A program made the translations under genes and the position numbers. Below, one piece after another: positions 19,774-28,524 of a DNA stretch of 64,000 nt (positions are counted from its first letter, which is position 1; every line of letters starts with the position of its first letter). Source of the DNA: Candidatus Hadarchaeota archaeon (GTDB lineage: Archaea; Hadarchaeota; Hadarchaeia; Hadarchaeales; JAGGTB01); the NCBI GenBank assembly GCA_964399085.1, contig CAYNPN010000001.1:43468-107467 (forward strand), written 5' to 3'. The notes beneath the pieces are model-generated. The model searched no databases and was not told the DNA's origin. It was given only the letters and a program-made list of their open reading frames with translations.

Positions 19774-21792
19774 ATGAAAAACGTTGCAGGAAATCTTAGT
19801 GATGCAGGAAAAAAGTGGATAAAAGAAGACCCGGAGAAAGAAGACGTCTACTGGCCAAATGAGAATTTAAAGGAAAAAGCATGGATTAGTGATCCAAAAA
19901 TATACGAAGAAGCTCAAGAAAATCCAAAAGGTTTCTGGGCGGAAAAAGCTAAAGATGCCTTAGACTGGTTTGAAGAGTGGGACGAGATAGAAGAATGGAA
20001 TCCACCTTACTTTAACTGGTTTTTAGGCTCCGAAACTAACTTAACCTACAATTGCCTTGACCGTCACTTAGAGGATCGCAGAAATCAAGCTGCCATAATT
20101 TGGGAACCCGAACCAATTCACGAAGAGGAAAGGATATTGACCTACCAGAGGCTTTATCGGGAGGTCAATCAGCTAGCAAACGCGCTCAAGGAGCTCGGTG
20201 TAGAGAAAGGAGATCCTATAACATTCTGGATGCCCATGATTCCGGAAACGGCCGTATCTGCTCTCGCTTGCCAGAGAATCGGAGCTTGGCACTCGATTGT
20301 GTACACCGCCTTCAGCCCCAACGCAGTCAAAGAAAGGATGGAAGACGCTGGATCTAAGACATTAATAACAGCCGACGGCTTTCACAGGGATGGAAGCACA
20401 ATCACTTTAAAAGAAAAAATTGACCCTGTTCTAGAAGATTTAAACGTTGAAAATTGTATTGTCGCAAATCGCGCAAATACGGATCCCTCATTACAGGAGG
20501 GTAGAGACTATCCCTATGAGGATCTTATCGAGGACAAGGATGTACATTGTGAGCCGACACCTATAGATGCAGAAGATACTGGTTTTCTCCTATATACCTC
20601 AGGGACGACTGGAAAGCCAAAAGGGATTCAACATTCTTGCGGTGCCTATGCAGCTCAGGCTGCCATCACCACGAAATGGGTATTCGACCTCCATCCTAAT
20701 GATGTATTCTTCTCTACAGCTGATATTGGATGGATCACAGGGCATAGCTACACCCTCTATGGGCCATTATTGAATGGTAGCACTACAATATGGTACGAAG
20801 GTTCTCCATACCAACCAGAACCGAATAGGTTATGGAAGATAATAGAAAAATACGGAGCGAATGTGTTCTACACAGCCCCAACTGCCCTAAGAGCGCTTAG
20901 GCAAAGAGGCAATGAATGGATTGAGGACCACGATTTGAGTACGCTGCGTCTTCTCGGATCTGTAGGAGAGCCGATAGATCCAGACACTTGGAAATGGTTC
21001 TTCGAAAAGATAGGAGGCGGTCGTTGCCCCATCGTGGATACCTACTGGCAGACTGAGACAGGCGGAATTTTGCTGACATCATTGCCAGGTGTCGGACCAT
21101 TTGTACCGGGTGTTGCCGGCCCAGCCCTTCCTGGAATTACCTACGATGTACTCGATGCTACCGGCCAACCAGTGGAACCTGGAGAGAGCGGAAAAGTCGT
21201 TCAACAGCATCCCTTCGGCATCGGAATGCTCAGAGGTATTTACGAAGCACCTGAAAAATACAAAGAAGAATATTGGAGCGAATACGGCGACGAAATTTAC
21301 TACTCGGGAGACGGAGGAAGAAAAGTCGATATCGAGATAGGGGGCCGAAACCTAATCGAAATCACTGGTAGGATGGACGATGTTCTAGAAGTCTCGGGAC
21401 ACAGGCTTGGGACCGCAGAAATAGAGGATGCTGTAGGTAGTTTGGACGAAATGGTTGAGGAGGCCGTAGTCTCAAAACCTCACGAAATCAAGGGTGAAGT
21501 ACCGGTAGTTTTCGCAATAACCATACCTGAGATAGATATCCGGAAAGAAGGAGAAGAGCTCAAGGAAAAGGTAAAGGAAATAGTCAGAGAAAAGGTAGGT
21601 CCCGTCGCAACGCCTGAAGAAGTCTACTTTGTTACAGATGTTCCGCGAACCGAAAGTGGAAAAGTAATCAGAAGATTCCTCAAAGGGCTGATTAAGGACG
21701 AAGAATTAGGAGACATGACCACTGCGAGCAACTCCGAGATTCTAGTGGAATTGGCGGAGAAAGTGGGATACGAAGGGCCCGAAGAGATATAG
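19774..21792 (+). CDS. acs: Acetyl-CoA synthetase (AMP-forming)
   Basis: YTSGTTGKPKG, WQTETGG and a C-terminal RTESGKVIRRFL, which holds the Lys position acetylated in characterised Acs enzymes. Confidence 0.92.
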   Translation: MKNVAGNLSDAGKKWIKEDPEKEDVYWPNENLKEKAWISDPKIYEEAQENPKGFWAEKAKDALDWFEEWDEIEEWNPPYFNWFLGSETNLTYNCLDRHLEDRRNQAAIIWEPEPIHEEERILTYQRLYREVNQLANALKELGVEKGDPITFWMPMIPETAVSALACQRIGAWHSIVYTAFSPNAVKERMEDAGSKTLITADGFHRDGSTITLKEKIDPVLEDLNVENCIVANRANTDPSLQEGRDYPYEDLIEDKDVHCEPTPIDAEDTGFLLYTSGTTGKPKGIQHSCGAYAAQAAITTKWVFDLHPNDVFFSTADIGWITGHSYTLYGPLLNGSTTIWYEGSPYQPEPNRLWKIIEKYGANVFYTAPTALRALRQRGNEWIEDHDLSTLRLLGSVGEPIDPDTWKWFFEKIGGGRCPIVDTYWQTETGGILLTSLPGVGPFVPGVAGPALPGITYDVLDATGQPVEPGESGKVVQQHPFGIGMLRGIYEAPEKYKEEYWSEYGDEIYYSGDGGRKVDIEIGGRNLIEITGRMDDVLEVSGHRLGTAEIEDAVGSLDEMVEEAVVSKPHEIKGEVPVVFAITIPEIDIRKEGEELKEKVKEIVREKVGPVATPEEVYFVTDVPRTESGKVIRRFLKGLIKDEELGDMTTASNSEILVELAEKVGYEGPEEI

Positions 21793-21877
21793 TCGAGTAA
21801 ACTGGCAAGTCTAAAAATAGCCATTTCAAAAATATGACCTTGGAAACTCAAGGTCTTCCTTCTTTTTTTAACTTCCC

Positions 21878-22019
21878 CCCGAAAAGTCTACCTCCCAATC
21901 GTGGATTGAATAGGCGATGAATCGACGTTTACTTTCAACCAAATCCCTGATAAGAGTGTGAAACTAGGGAAAGCCTTCGGAAGCCCCCTAATAACGAAGG
22001 GGACGAGTTAGGTGGGTGC
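21878..22019 (+). mobile_element. MITE-like derivative (~142 bp) of the IS200/IS605 element at 44137-45373, with left and right ends fused and no ORF
   Basis: 21884-21930 aligns with 44140-44190 (..ctcccaatcgtggatt..gatgaatcg.cgttta.tttca). 21980-22016 aligns base for base (36 nt, 8 differences) with 45334-45369 (gaagcc..taacga....cgagttaggtgg). It abuts the stop codon of the gene at 22022. Confidence 0.7.
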
Positions 22020-22021
22020 AA

Positions 22022-24691
22022 TTACTCCGGTCTGAGATGTAGTATGGCTTTGACTGTATCCTCGCTTTCTTCTTCTATTTCAAAACCTAGCTTCTCGCAC
22101 AAGTTAATCATGGGTTTATTTCTTTTCATAATAGTGCCCCAAATATGATTTAATCCCTTATCTTCAGCCGCCCCAATTACAGCATCTGTTAATTTTTCCC
22201 CGAGGCCAAGTCCCTGCCAAGGGTCTCCCACCACAATTGCAAATTCGCCCGAATTCTCACCCGGATCGATTATTAAACGACCTACTCCTATCATCTTTCT
22301 TTTTCCCTCCTCCTCAAGTATCCCTATTATTGCCATTTCCCGCCGGTAGTCAATATTAGTATATCTCACCATATCCTCATGAGAAACCTCCTTCATAGGT
22401 CCAAAAAATCGATTTCTCCATGTCTCCTCCGAAAAAGTTTCGAAGAGTTCAAATTCCAATGGTTCGTCCTCCGGTCTTATTGGTCGAAGCGTGACAGGCC
22501 GTCCGTCATCAAGTTCCCATTCCTCTACGTATTTTCGGGGATAGGGCTCAATAACCAAATGATCATGACTTTGTGATTCCTCAATACATCGACTCGAATC
22601 AATCCTCATTTGGACGTCCAGAGTCAGAAATCCCTCCCCTGTCTTTACGAATGGATTAATATCGATCAAATCAATCTCCGGAAAATCTATTATCAATTGC
22701 GACAGTTTTATGAGATGCTCCTCCAAGCTTCTTAAGACATCCGTTGAATCTTCTCCGGATTCCCTGAGCCGATTATAAACTTTGGTGTCCTCTATCAGAC
22801 GATGGGCCAGAGTTTGATTCAGGGGAGGATAACCAATAGCTATATCCTCATAGTATCCCAAATCCTTTCCACCTCTTCCGAAAAGAATACCGGACTTAAA
22901 AACAGGATTTTTCCTCAACCCCAAAATTAGCTCCATTTCGATGTCAGATATCATCTCCTCGACTATGACGCCATCTATATCGGCTGAAGGACATTTCTCC
23001 TCGGTTTCCTCGATTATTTTATCATAAGCCTCTCTAATCTCCTCCCTCGAATTCAAGTTACGAGCAATGCCCAGATCCTCATTCCGTATATCATGAGATT
23101 GTACCTTCAGATTAACTGGAAATCCCATCTCAGATGCGTGTTCCGCAGCTTCGGAGGATGTAGTGACTAAATGACTCTGTGGAATAGGTATTCCGTAGGT
23201 TTCGAGGATCTTTCTCGACTCGGATTTAGATAAGTACTCTCGATCCTCGTTGGCGAGTCTTCTGAGCATAACTTTGAGGTTGTATTTCGGCGGTGTTCTA
23301 TTAACTGGAAGCTCTTCAGGCGTTTCTAGCAACCTTTCCAAGTTCCTAGCGTAGCTATTCAAATACATATAGGCCGTGATAGACTGTTCCGGGGTAGACT
23401 GAACGGAGTACCCACTACTCCTCAGAATCTGTTGACCTTCCTTAATTTTCTCTCCCCCCATCCAGCAGGGTAGGATCGGTTTTTCCGACCCTTCTTTGAG
23501 GGAGGCTATCGCTTCGGCAGCTTCCACGGATCCTAGGGTTCCTAACGGGGTATATAAGCAGAGTATTCCGTTTACGTTCTCATCTTCAAGGCAAATTTTC
23601 ACGGCATTTTTATACTTCTCCGGGCTAATATTGTTCGTAAAATTAATCGGATTTTCTACGGTCGAATCTTCCGGCAAAATATTTCCGAGATCGCTTTTCG
23701 TCTCCTCTGACAAATCAGCAAGAGACCCGCCCTGCTCAATTAGGGCATCGGTGGCCATTTCCTCCGGCCCCTCGGCGTTTGTAACTATAGCTAGACTCGA
23801 CCCCTCGGGTAAATTTTGCTTTGCGAGCGTCTCTGAGGCCGTGAAAAGATCCTCTATAGTGTCAACCCGGGTTATGCCCGCTCTCTTGAAAGCTGCATCG
23901 TAAAACTTGTCCGAACTTATTTCGAACCTATCGGGGGGAAGATTACGCGCTCCCTTTTCGTGTTTTCCCGACTTGACTGCCATTATCGGCTTCGTCCTGG
24001 CGAATCCCCTAGCGGCGCTCATGAATCTTTCCGCCTCCATGATCTCCTTTACATACATGAGGATGCTTCCGGTCCTAGGATTCCTGCCGAAATAATCTAT
24101 CAAATCTGCGAAGTTTACGTCTATCATGTCCCCCACCGACACGAAGCTACTGAAACCAAACTGTGCATTCATCGCCCAATCAAGAGTGGCAGAAGACAGA
24201 GCGTCGCTTTGTGAGAGAAAAGTCAACTCCCCGGGTTCTGGCATTTGTTTAATAAGGGAAGCGTTGAGGTTTTGATGGGGATTCATAATTCCCAGACTGT
24301 TGGGGCCCAAGATCCTCATCTCGTGCTTTTTTCTCATCCTCGTTATTTTCTCTTCTAGCCCGTCCTCCTTACAGTGCGGCTTTCCTAGATCTGATATAAT
24401 GAGAAGGGCTGGGATATCGGCCGAGCCGCATTTTTCAACAGAATCTATGATAGAATTATTTTGGGGAGTAATTATTCCAAGGTCGATTGATTCGGAAATC
24501 TCTTCGACATCCGAAAAGGTTTCATTTTCATAAACTTCGTCCAACTCTTGATTTACGGGAAAAAGCTCTCCCTTGCTTCTATCCGTCAAATTCCTCATGA
24601 GAATAGACCCAGCTGAACCCCCCTTATCACTGGCTCCAATAAGTGCAATATTCTTGGGTTTGAATATTTTATCCAAGTTCGTGTGTGGCAA
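22022..24691 (-). CDS. Second Pat-like protein (ACS-like domains + C-terminal GNAT)
   Basis: Collinear with 16871..19564: NIALIGASDKGGS ... C-terminal DPWQGLGLGEKL. 889 aa. Confidence 0.85.
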   Translation of the reverse strand: MPHTNLDKIFKPKNIALIGASDKGGSAGSILMRNLTDRSKGELFPVNQELDEVYENETFSDVEEISESIDLGIITPQNNSIIDSVEKCGSADIPALLIISDLGKPHCKEDGLEEKITRMRKKHEMRILGPNSLGIMNPHQNLNASLIKQMPEPGELTFLSQSDALSSATLDWAMNAQFGFSSFVSVGDMIDVNFADLIDYFGRNPRTGSILMYVKEIMEAERFMSAARGFARTKPIMAVKSGKHEKGARNLPPDRFEISSDKFYDAAFKRAGITRVDTIEDLFTASETLAKQNLPEGSSLAIVTNAEGPEEMATDALIEQGGSLADLSEETKSDLGNILPEDSTVENPINFTNNISPEKYKNAVKICLEDENVNGILCLYTPLGTLGSVEAAEAIASLKEGSEKPILPCWMGGEKIKEGQQILRSSGYSVQSTPEQSITAYMYLNSYARNLERLLETPEELPVNRTPPKYNLKVMLRRLANEDREYLSKSESRKILETYGIPIPQSHLVTTSSEAAEHASEMGFPVNLKVQSHDIRNEDLGIARNLNSREEIREAYDKIIEETEEKCPSADIDGVIVEEMISDIEMELILGLRKNPVFKSGILFGRGGKDLGYYEDIAIGYPPLNQTLAHRLIEDTKVYNRLRESGEDSTDVLRSLEEHLIKLSQLIIDFPEIDLIDINPFVKTGEGFLTLDVQMRIDSSRCIEESQSHDHLVIEPYPRKYVEEWELDDGRPVTLRPIRPEDEPLEFELFETFSEETWRNRFFGPMKEVSHEDMVRYTNIDYRREMAIIGILEEEGKRKMIGVGRLIIDPGENSGEFAIVVGDPWQGLGLGEKLTDAVIGAAEDKGLNHIWGTIMKRNKPMINLCEKLGFEIEEESEDTVKAILHLRPE

Positions 24692-24792
24692 CTTCTCACC
24701 TAAGTAAACTAACTCAGGATGTTTGATTAATACTAGGGGGAATACTAGAACGTTCTAAGTATTGGATTGCCCGAAAGTCCCCGTTTCTTCGG

Positions 24793-24820
24793 TTTTTTTG
24801 TTATGGGTGTAACAAAAAAT
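24793..24820. repeat. Palindrome copy 1: tttttttgttaTGGGTGtaacaaaaaat (10-bp arms, 6-nt spacer)
   Basis: Read directly from the sequence. Its last base is the first base of the stop-codon complement of gene 24820..25380. Confidence 0.9.
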
Positions 24821-25380
24821 TATTCAATTTTTTCTCTTAGTGGCGAAATCCTTTCCCTCAAACTCTCAGAAAATTCCATATCATCGGTCCAATCATTTTT
24901 CATTAACCTTTCACACTTCTCGATGACTTTTCTAATTTTTTGAAAATCGTCCTCATCCAAACTATCTTTATACTCCAGCCTAAGAAGGGCCTCAATTGAA
25001 GAATCTAAGGTTTGCTTGGGGGTAATTTTTATCCGATTCAAAGCTTCCCTCATTGCACTCATTCGATCTCCGGGGGGGAGAATTCCATCAAACGAATAGA
25101 GATCAATTGGATCCCATTTCGAATCCCCAAAAAAATCATCTAACTTATATCTGGCCTTCTTTGGGATAGCTATGACGCTTTTACCTAACCTGAGGTGGGG
25201 TAACGGGGTCAATAAACCAGGATAAAATCTCTCATAAACTTTTTCACGGCCTTTCTGATCCTCTCGTTTGGTCCTTGATTTGAAACCAAATAACTTTCTA
25301 TAGAACTTTGTTCTCTTTGACCCCTTAAATTGAAGATCAAAACTATAGATTCTGGCTAGAATTCCATCATCTATTTCCAT
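24820..25380 (-). CDS. Hypothetical protein, 186 aa, unknown function
   Basis: Clean ORF with an ATG start. The N-terminal ~100 aa (ARIYSFDLQF.GSKRTKFYRKLFGF ... LRLGKSVIAIP ... IDLYSFDG) has a beta-alpha-beta pattern that weakly resembles Cas2/VapD-type ferredoxin folds. That resemblance is inference only. The C-terminal half is helical and acidic. Confidence 0.7.
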   Translation of the reverse strand: MEIDDGILARIYSFDLQFKGSKRTKFYRKLFGFKSRTKREDQKGREKVYERFYPGLLTPLPHLRLGKSVIAIPKKARYKLDDFFGDSKWDPIDLYSFDGILPPGDRMSAMREALNRIKITPKQTLDSSIEALLRLEYKDSLDEDDFQKIRKVIEKCERLMKNDWTDDMEFSESLRERISPLREKIE

Positions 25381-25383
25381 CAG

Positions 25384-25409
25384 TTTTTGTTATGGGTGTA
25401 ACAAAAAAT
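25384..25409. repeat. Palindrome copy 2: tttttgttaTGGGTGtaacaaaaaat
   Basis: Begins 3 nt beyond the ATG complement of gene 24820..25380. On the gene strand it would span the TATA-to-start interval. Confidence 0.9.
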
Positions 25410-25486
25410 AAACTTTTGCTTTGTCTCTATTGAACACCACCCCCTTCGTTTCGAGTGGAGTATAATAAAAATCAAAAAATAAAAGG

Positions 25487-25511
25487 TTTTTTTGTTATGG
25501 GTGTAACAAAA
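25487..25511. repeat. Palindrome copy 3: tttttttgttaTGGGTGtaacaaaa
   Basis: Read directly from the sequence. It lies 78 nt from copy 2 in the AT-rich spacer before tyrS. Confidence 0.9.
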
Positions 25512-25608
25512 TAATTATATGAGAATATCGACCTTACTTAAAAATAGAATAAAAAATATAGGTTTTCGAAGAATTTATTTCCACTTGAAACAAAGGAGTG
25601 GCATTGAT

Positions 25609-26673
25609 TCACCGAGTTACTTTCTGCTGTTTTACGAATTCATATAGTTTATTAGCTTCTTCGTTTTCTTCAAAATATTCTCTAATAGGTTTCACCAATT
25701 CGTTAAGATATCTCGCTATATTCTTTTTCAAATCCAGAGGATGAAGATTCTCATTGAGGTATGCTTCCTCCAATTCCTCATAATTGTTAAACTTCATGTT
25801 ACCACCATATTCTTCCTTTCTCCTAATTTCAACCCCTTCAAAGTTTTCAAAAACCAGATGCTTTGTATAGTCTATAATCGGGTTATTTTTGACTTTACCC
25901 TCTGGACAATAAGCTCCTTTGATTTTTTCCAGAATTTCTTGCTCGGAGTCATGAACGTAAATAGAGGTAGAAGGTTTACTCTTACTCATCTTCTCTTCTT
26001 CACCACCACCCCCCAAACCCATCAACATATGATGAGAAACAGTCACAGGTTTCTCTCTATCCAATTTATCAGAGACTTCCCGTGCCAGCATATTCGCCCT
26101 CCTCTGATCTTGGCCCAGCTGACAGATATCCACATCGAGGTGGAAAATATCCGCCACCTGCATACTAGGATAAAAAATCCATGCCGCGGGATTTTCTCCA
26201 ACGCTTTCTCTCCCAGCTATCTTCAAAGCCCTTCGAGCTCTGTTTAGAGTGTGATTTTTCGCAACTCTAATTACAGTCTCCCAATATTCTTTATCGATTA
26301 TTTCGGATGCCCACAGAACCTCGACTTTGTCCATAGGAACGCCGGCTGCCCTCCAGACCTCTTGGAAGTATTCACCGACTTTCCTTATTTTTTCCAAATC
26401 TCCTCCCATCTTGTCGTTAATCCAAGCGTGCCAATCCGCAATAAGTAACTTGAATCTGACACCCGCGTCTATCAATTTCTTCAGATTTTGGGCCCTATAT
26501 ACGCCGAAAGCAACATGAGCCAAGCCCGAGGGTTCAAACCCGTCGTATGCCACGGGGTTTTGCTTTCTTTTTAGGAGGTCTTTCAACTCCTCCTCCGTGA
26601 CGATTTCCTCTCCCACTTCCCTAATTAGTTCAAATCTTTCATCAACATCCATGCTTACACCTAGTTTTTCCAT
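25609..26673 (-). CDS. tyrS: Tyrosyl-tRNA synthetase (archaeal type)
   Basis: AYDGFEPSGLAHV (HIGH-region equivalent), LIADWHAW and KMSKSKPST (KMSKS loop). Confidence 0.9.
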   Translation of the reverse strand: MEKLGVSMDVDERFELIREVGEEIVTEEELKDLLKRKQNPVAYDGFEPSGLAHVAFGVYRAQNLKKLIDAGVRFKLLIADWHAWINDKMGGDLEKIRKVGEYFQEVWRAAGVPMDKVEVLWASEIIDKEYWETVIRVAKNHTLNRARRALKIAGRESVGENPAAWIFYPSMQVADIFHLDVDICQLGQDQRRANMLAREVSDKLDREKPVTVSHHMLMGLGGGGEEEKMSKSKPSTSIYVHDSEQEILEKIKGAYCPEGKVKNNPIIDYTKHLVFENFEGVEIRRKEEYGGNMKFNNYEELEEAYLNENLHPLDLKKNIARYLNELVKPIREYFEENEEANKLYEFVKQQKVTR

Positions 26674-26800
26674 CCTCCGACTAGTCCCTTGGTATTTTAT
26701 TTTTTATTTCTTTATTACTTGGAAGGTTTCAATATTTTAGCAAGAGGGGATTTTAATCAAGCTTTTAAGCAAATCGACCCATCTCACAAGAGGCGGGAGG

Positions 26801-27625
26801 ATGAAATCCAGAGCAAGGTCTATTGCAATTTCCTCCGGTAAGGGGGGTACGGGTAAGACAACCCTGACTGCAAATCTCGGTATAGCCCTTGCCAACGAAG
26901 GACACGACGTTACAATCCTCGACGCCGATTTGACCATGGCCAATTTGGGAATTATTATAGGAATGGACAACTGTGAAGTCAGCTTCTTGGACGTCCTTTC
27001 GGGCCAGGTAGATCTTGAGGAGGCCATCTACCAAGATTACGGCGTTAAAGTAGTTCCCACCGGCTTCCGGTTTGAGGATGTACATGAAACCCTTTCGGAT
27101 GTGGATTCCGAGAGCGTCGAAAGTGCTGTCGGCGAGATTTTACGTCGTACCGAGATTCTATTAATCGACGTCCCCGCAGGAATGACGGATAATTCAATAA
27201 TTTCAATCGCGGCGGCCAGAGAAATGCTTCCTGTGACCAATCCGAATTATTCCAGCATCGTCGATACCTACAAGACGATTCGTTTAGCCAACGTTGTGGA
27301 TACTTGGACCAGGGGACTTGTACTTAATCGAGTCGGAAGATCTTCGGATATCTCTCAGGGGGAGATAGAGCACTTCATGGGAAAGACCCTCGGCTCCGTC
27401 TCCATTATCTCGGAGATCCCCGAGGATGAAGTCGTTCAGGAGGCCGAGCGTGCGGGTACCCCTGTCACGGTCTACGAACCCGAGGCCAGAGCTTCAAAAT
27501 CTATTTACGAACTGTCGAAGGTTATAACCGGCGAATCGGAACTACCTTACGAACCCTACGAGGAAAAGGAAATTGATAGAACGATCAAAAGACTTTCCCG
27601 GGCCCTCACCGGCCGCCGGACCTAG
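26801..27625 (+). CDS. minD: MinD/ParA-family P-loop ATPase
   Basis: Deviant Walker A SSGKGGTGKTT. ILDADLTMANL. 274 aa. Confidence 0.85.
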   Translation: MKSRARSIAISSGKGGTGKTTLTANLGIALANEGHDVTILDADLTMANLGIIIGMDNCEVSFLDVLSGQVDLEEAIYQDYGVKVVPTGFRFEDVHETLSDVDSESVESAVGEILRRTEILLIDVPAGMTDNSIISIAAAREMLPVTNPNYSSIVDTYKTIRLANVVDTWTRGLVLNRVGRSSDISQGEIEHFMGKTLGSVSIISEIPEDEVVQEAERAGTPVTVYEPEARASKSIYELSKVITGESELPYEPYEEKEIDRTIKRLSRALTGRRT

Positions 27626-28343
27626 TTAATTTTCCACTCATCCACAGTAAAAGAAACGTAAAGGAGATCAGGCTTCCACCCACGATAATAGTTTGCAATA
27701 CAGGGGAATTTATGATGGTGCCTCTAAAAGCGCCAATTATTCCCTCTATGAAAGCTGCAAAAACGATTAGGCAAAATGCGGGTAGGATTAGAGGCGATAC
27801 ACTCTCACCCGCTTTTTTAAGGGGGATCACACTTCTATCCCCCACGCTTTTTATACTGCCCATTCCTAGTTTGATTCCAATGCCGATTCCTAGGATATAA
27901 CCGGTGAGTTCAAAGACCCCATGTGGAAGTATCAGAGAAAGGGTCTGTAATATGGTGTACTCGGATAATGAGGTGAAAAATCCGATTACGAGACCGTTTA
28001 AAATCAGAGCGTAGAGAGGGAATAATCCAAAAACTACACCCAGCCCTATAATCTGAACGATAACCGTGATGTTATTTCCCAATATGAATCCAGTCATTTC
28101 AAGGAAGGAGTCAATATTCTGTATTTCTTTTTGAATTCTTTCTTGCATAGGCTCCAACTGCTCTTTAATTATCTGGGTTACTGGATTTCCCCCTCTCTGA
28201 GATAGAAAAAACCCTGTAATGATTGTGACTATAAAAATTCCTAAAACGCACAGCAGTATTTTTCTATTATCTTTGACAGCTTTCGGAAAATCATTTCTGA
28301 AGGTTTCGCCTAATTTATCCTTAAGGGAAAGATTATCGTCCAT
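27606..28343 (-). CDS. Integral membrane protein, SpoIIM-like (DUF95 type)
   Basis: Five to six hydrophobic segments with the HGVFELTGYILG motif typical of stage II sporulation protein M homologs. Confidence 0.65.
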   Translation of the reverse strand: MDDNLSLKDKLGETFRNDFPKAVKDNRKILLCVLGIFIVTIITGFFLSQRGGNPVTQIIKEQLEPMQERIQKEIQNIDSFLEMTGFILGNNITVIVQIIGLGVVFGLFPLYALILNGLVIGFFTSLSEYTILQTLSLILPHGVFELTGYILGIGIGIKLGMGSIKSVGDRSVIPLKKAGESVSPLILPAFCLIVFAAFIEGIIGAFRGTIINSPVLQTIIVGGSLISFTFLLLWMSGKLTRSGGR

Positions 28344-28524
28344 TGTGAGTTCCTATTTTTACTCTATCTTCTAGTAGAACTTAAAATAATCTTTCACTTC
28401 AAATCTAGAGACAGTTTCCAATTATAGAAAAATAAGGAAAAGGGTTGAAAAGGAGATAGACCTCAAGCTTTCGGTGGTCGAACGGGATATCTCCTTTTCT
28501 TAGTTAATTTGTTCGGCGAATGAT

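Noticed and set aside
24820-25380. The 186-aa gene flanked by hairpins, considered as an IS200-like element encoding a Y1/HUH transposase
   Set aside because: The protein has a single His and no H-hydrophobic-H motif. No conserved catalytic Tyr context is recognisable. The flanking repeats are identical palindromes rather than distinct left and right ends.
24793-25511. Three copies of a 26-28-nt repeat, considered as a possible mini CRISPR array
   Set aside because: The spacing is irregular (591 and 103 nt). A complete protein gene fills the first 'spacer'. The repeat is an AT-rich perfect palindrome with T/A runs. No cas genes are nearby.
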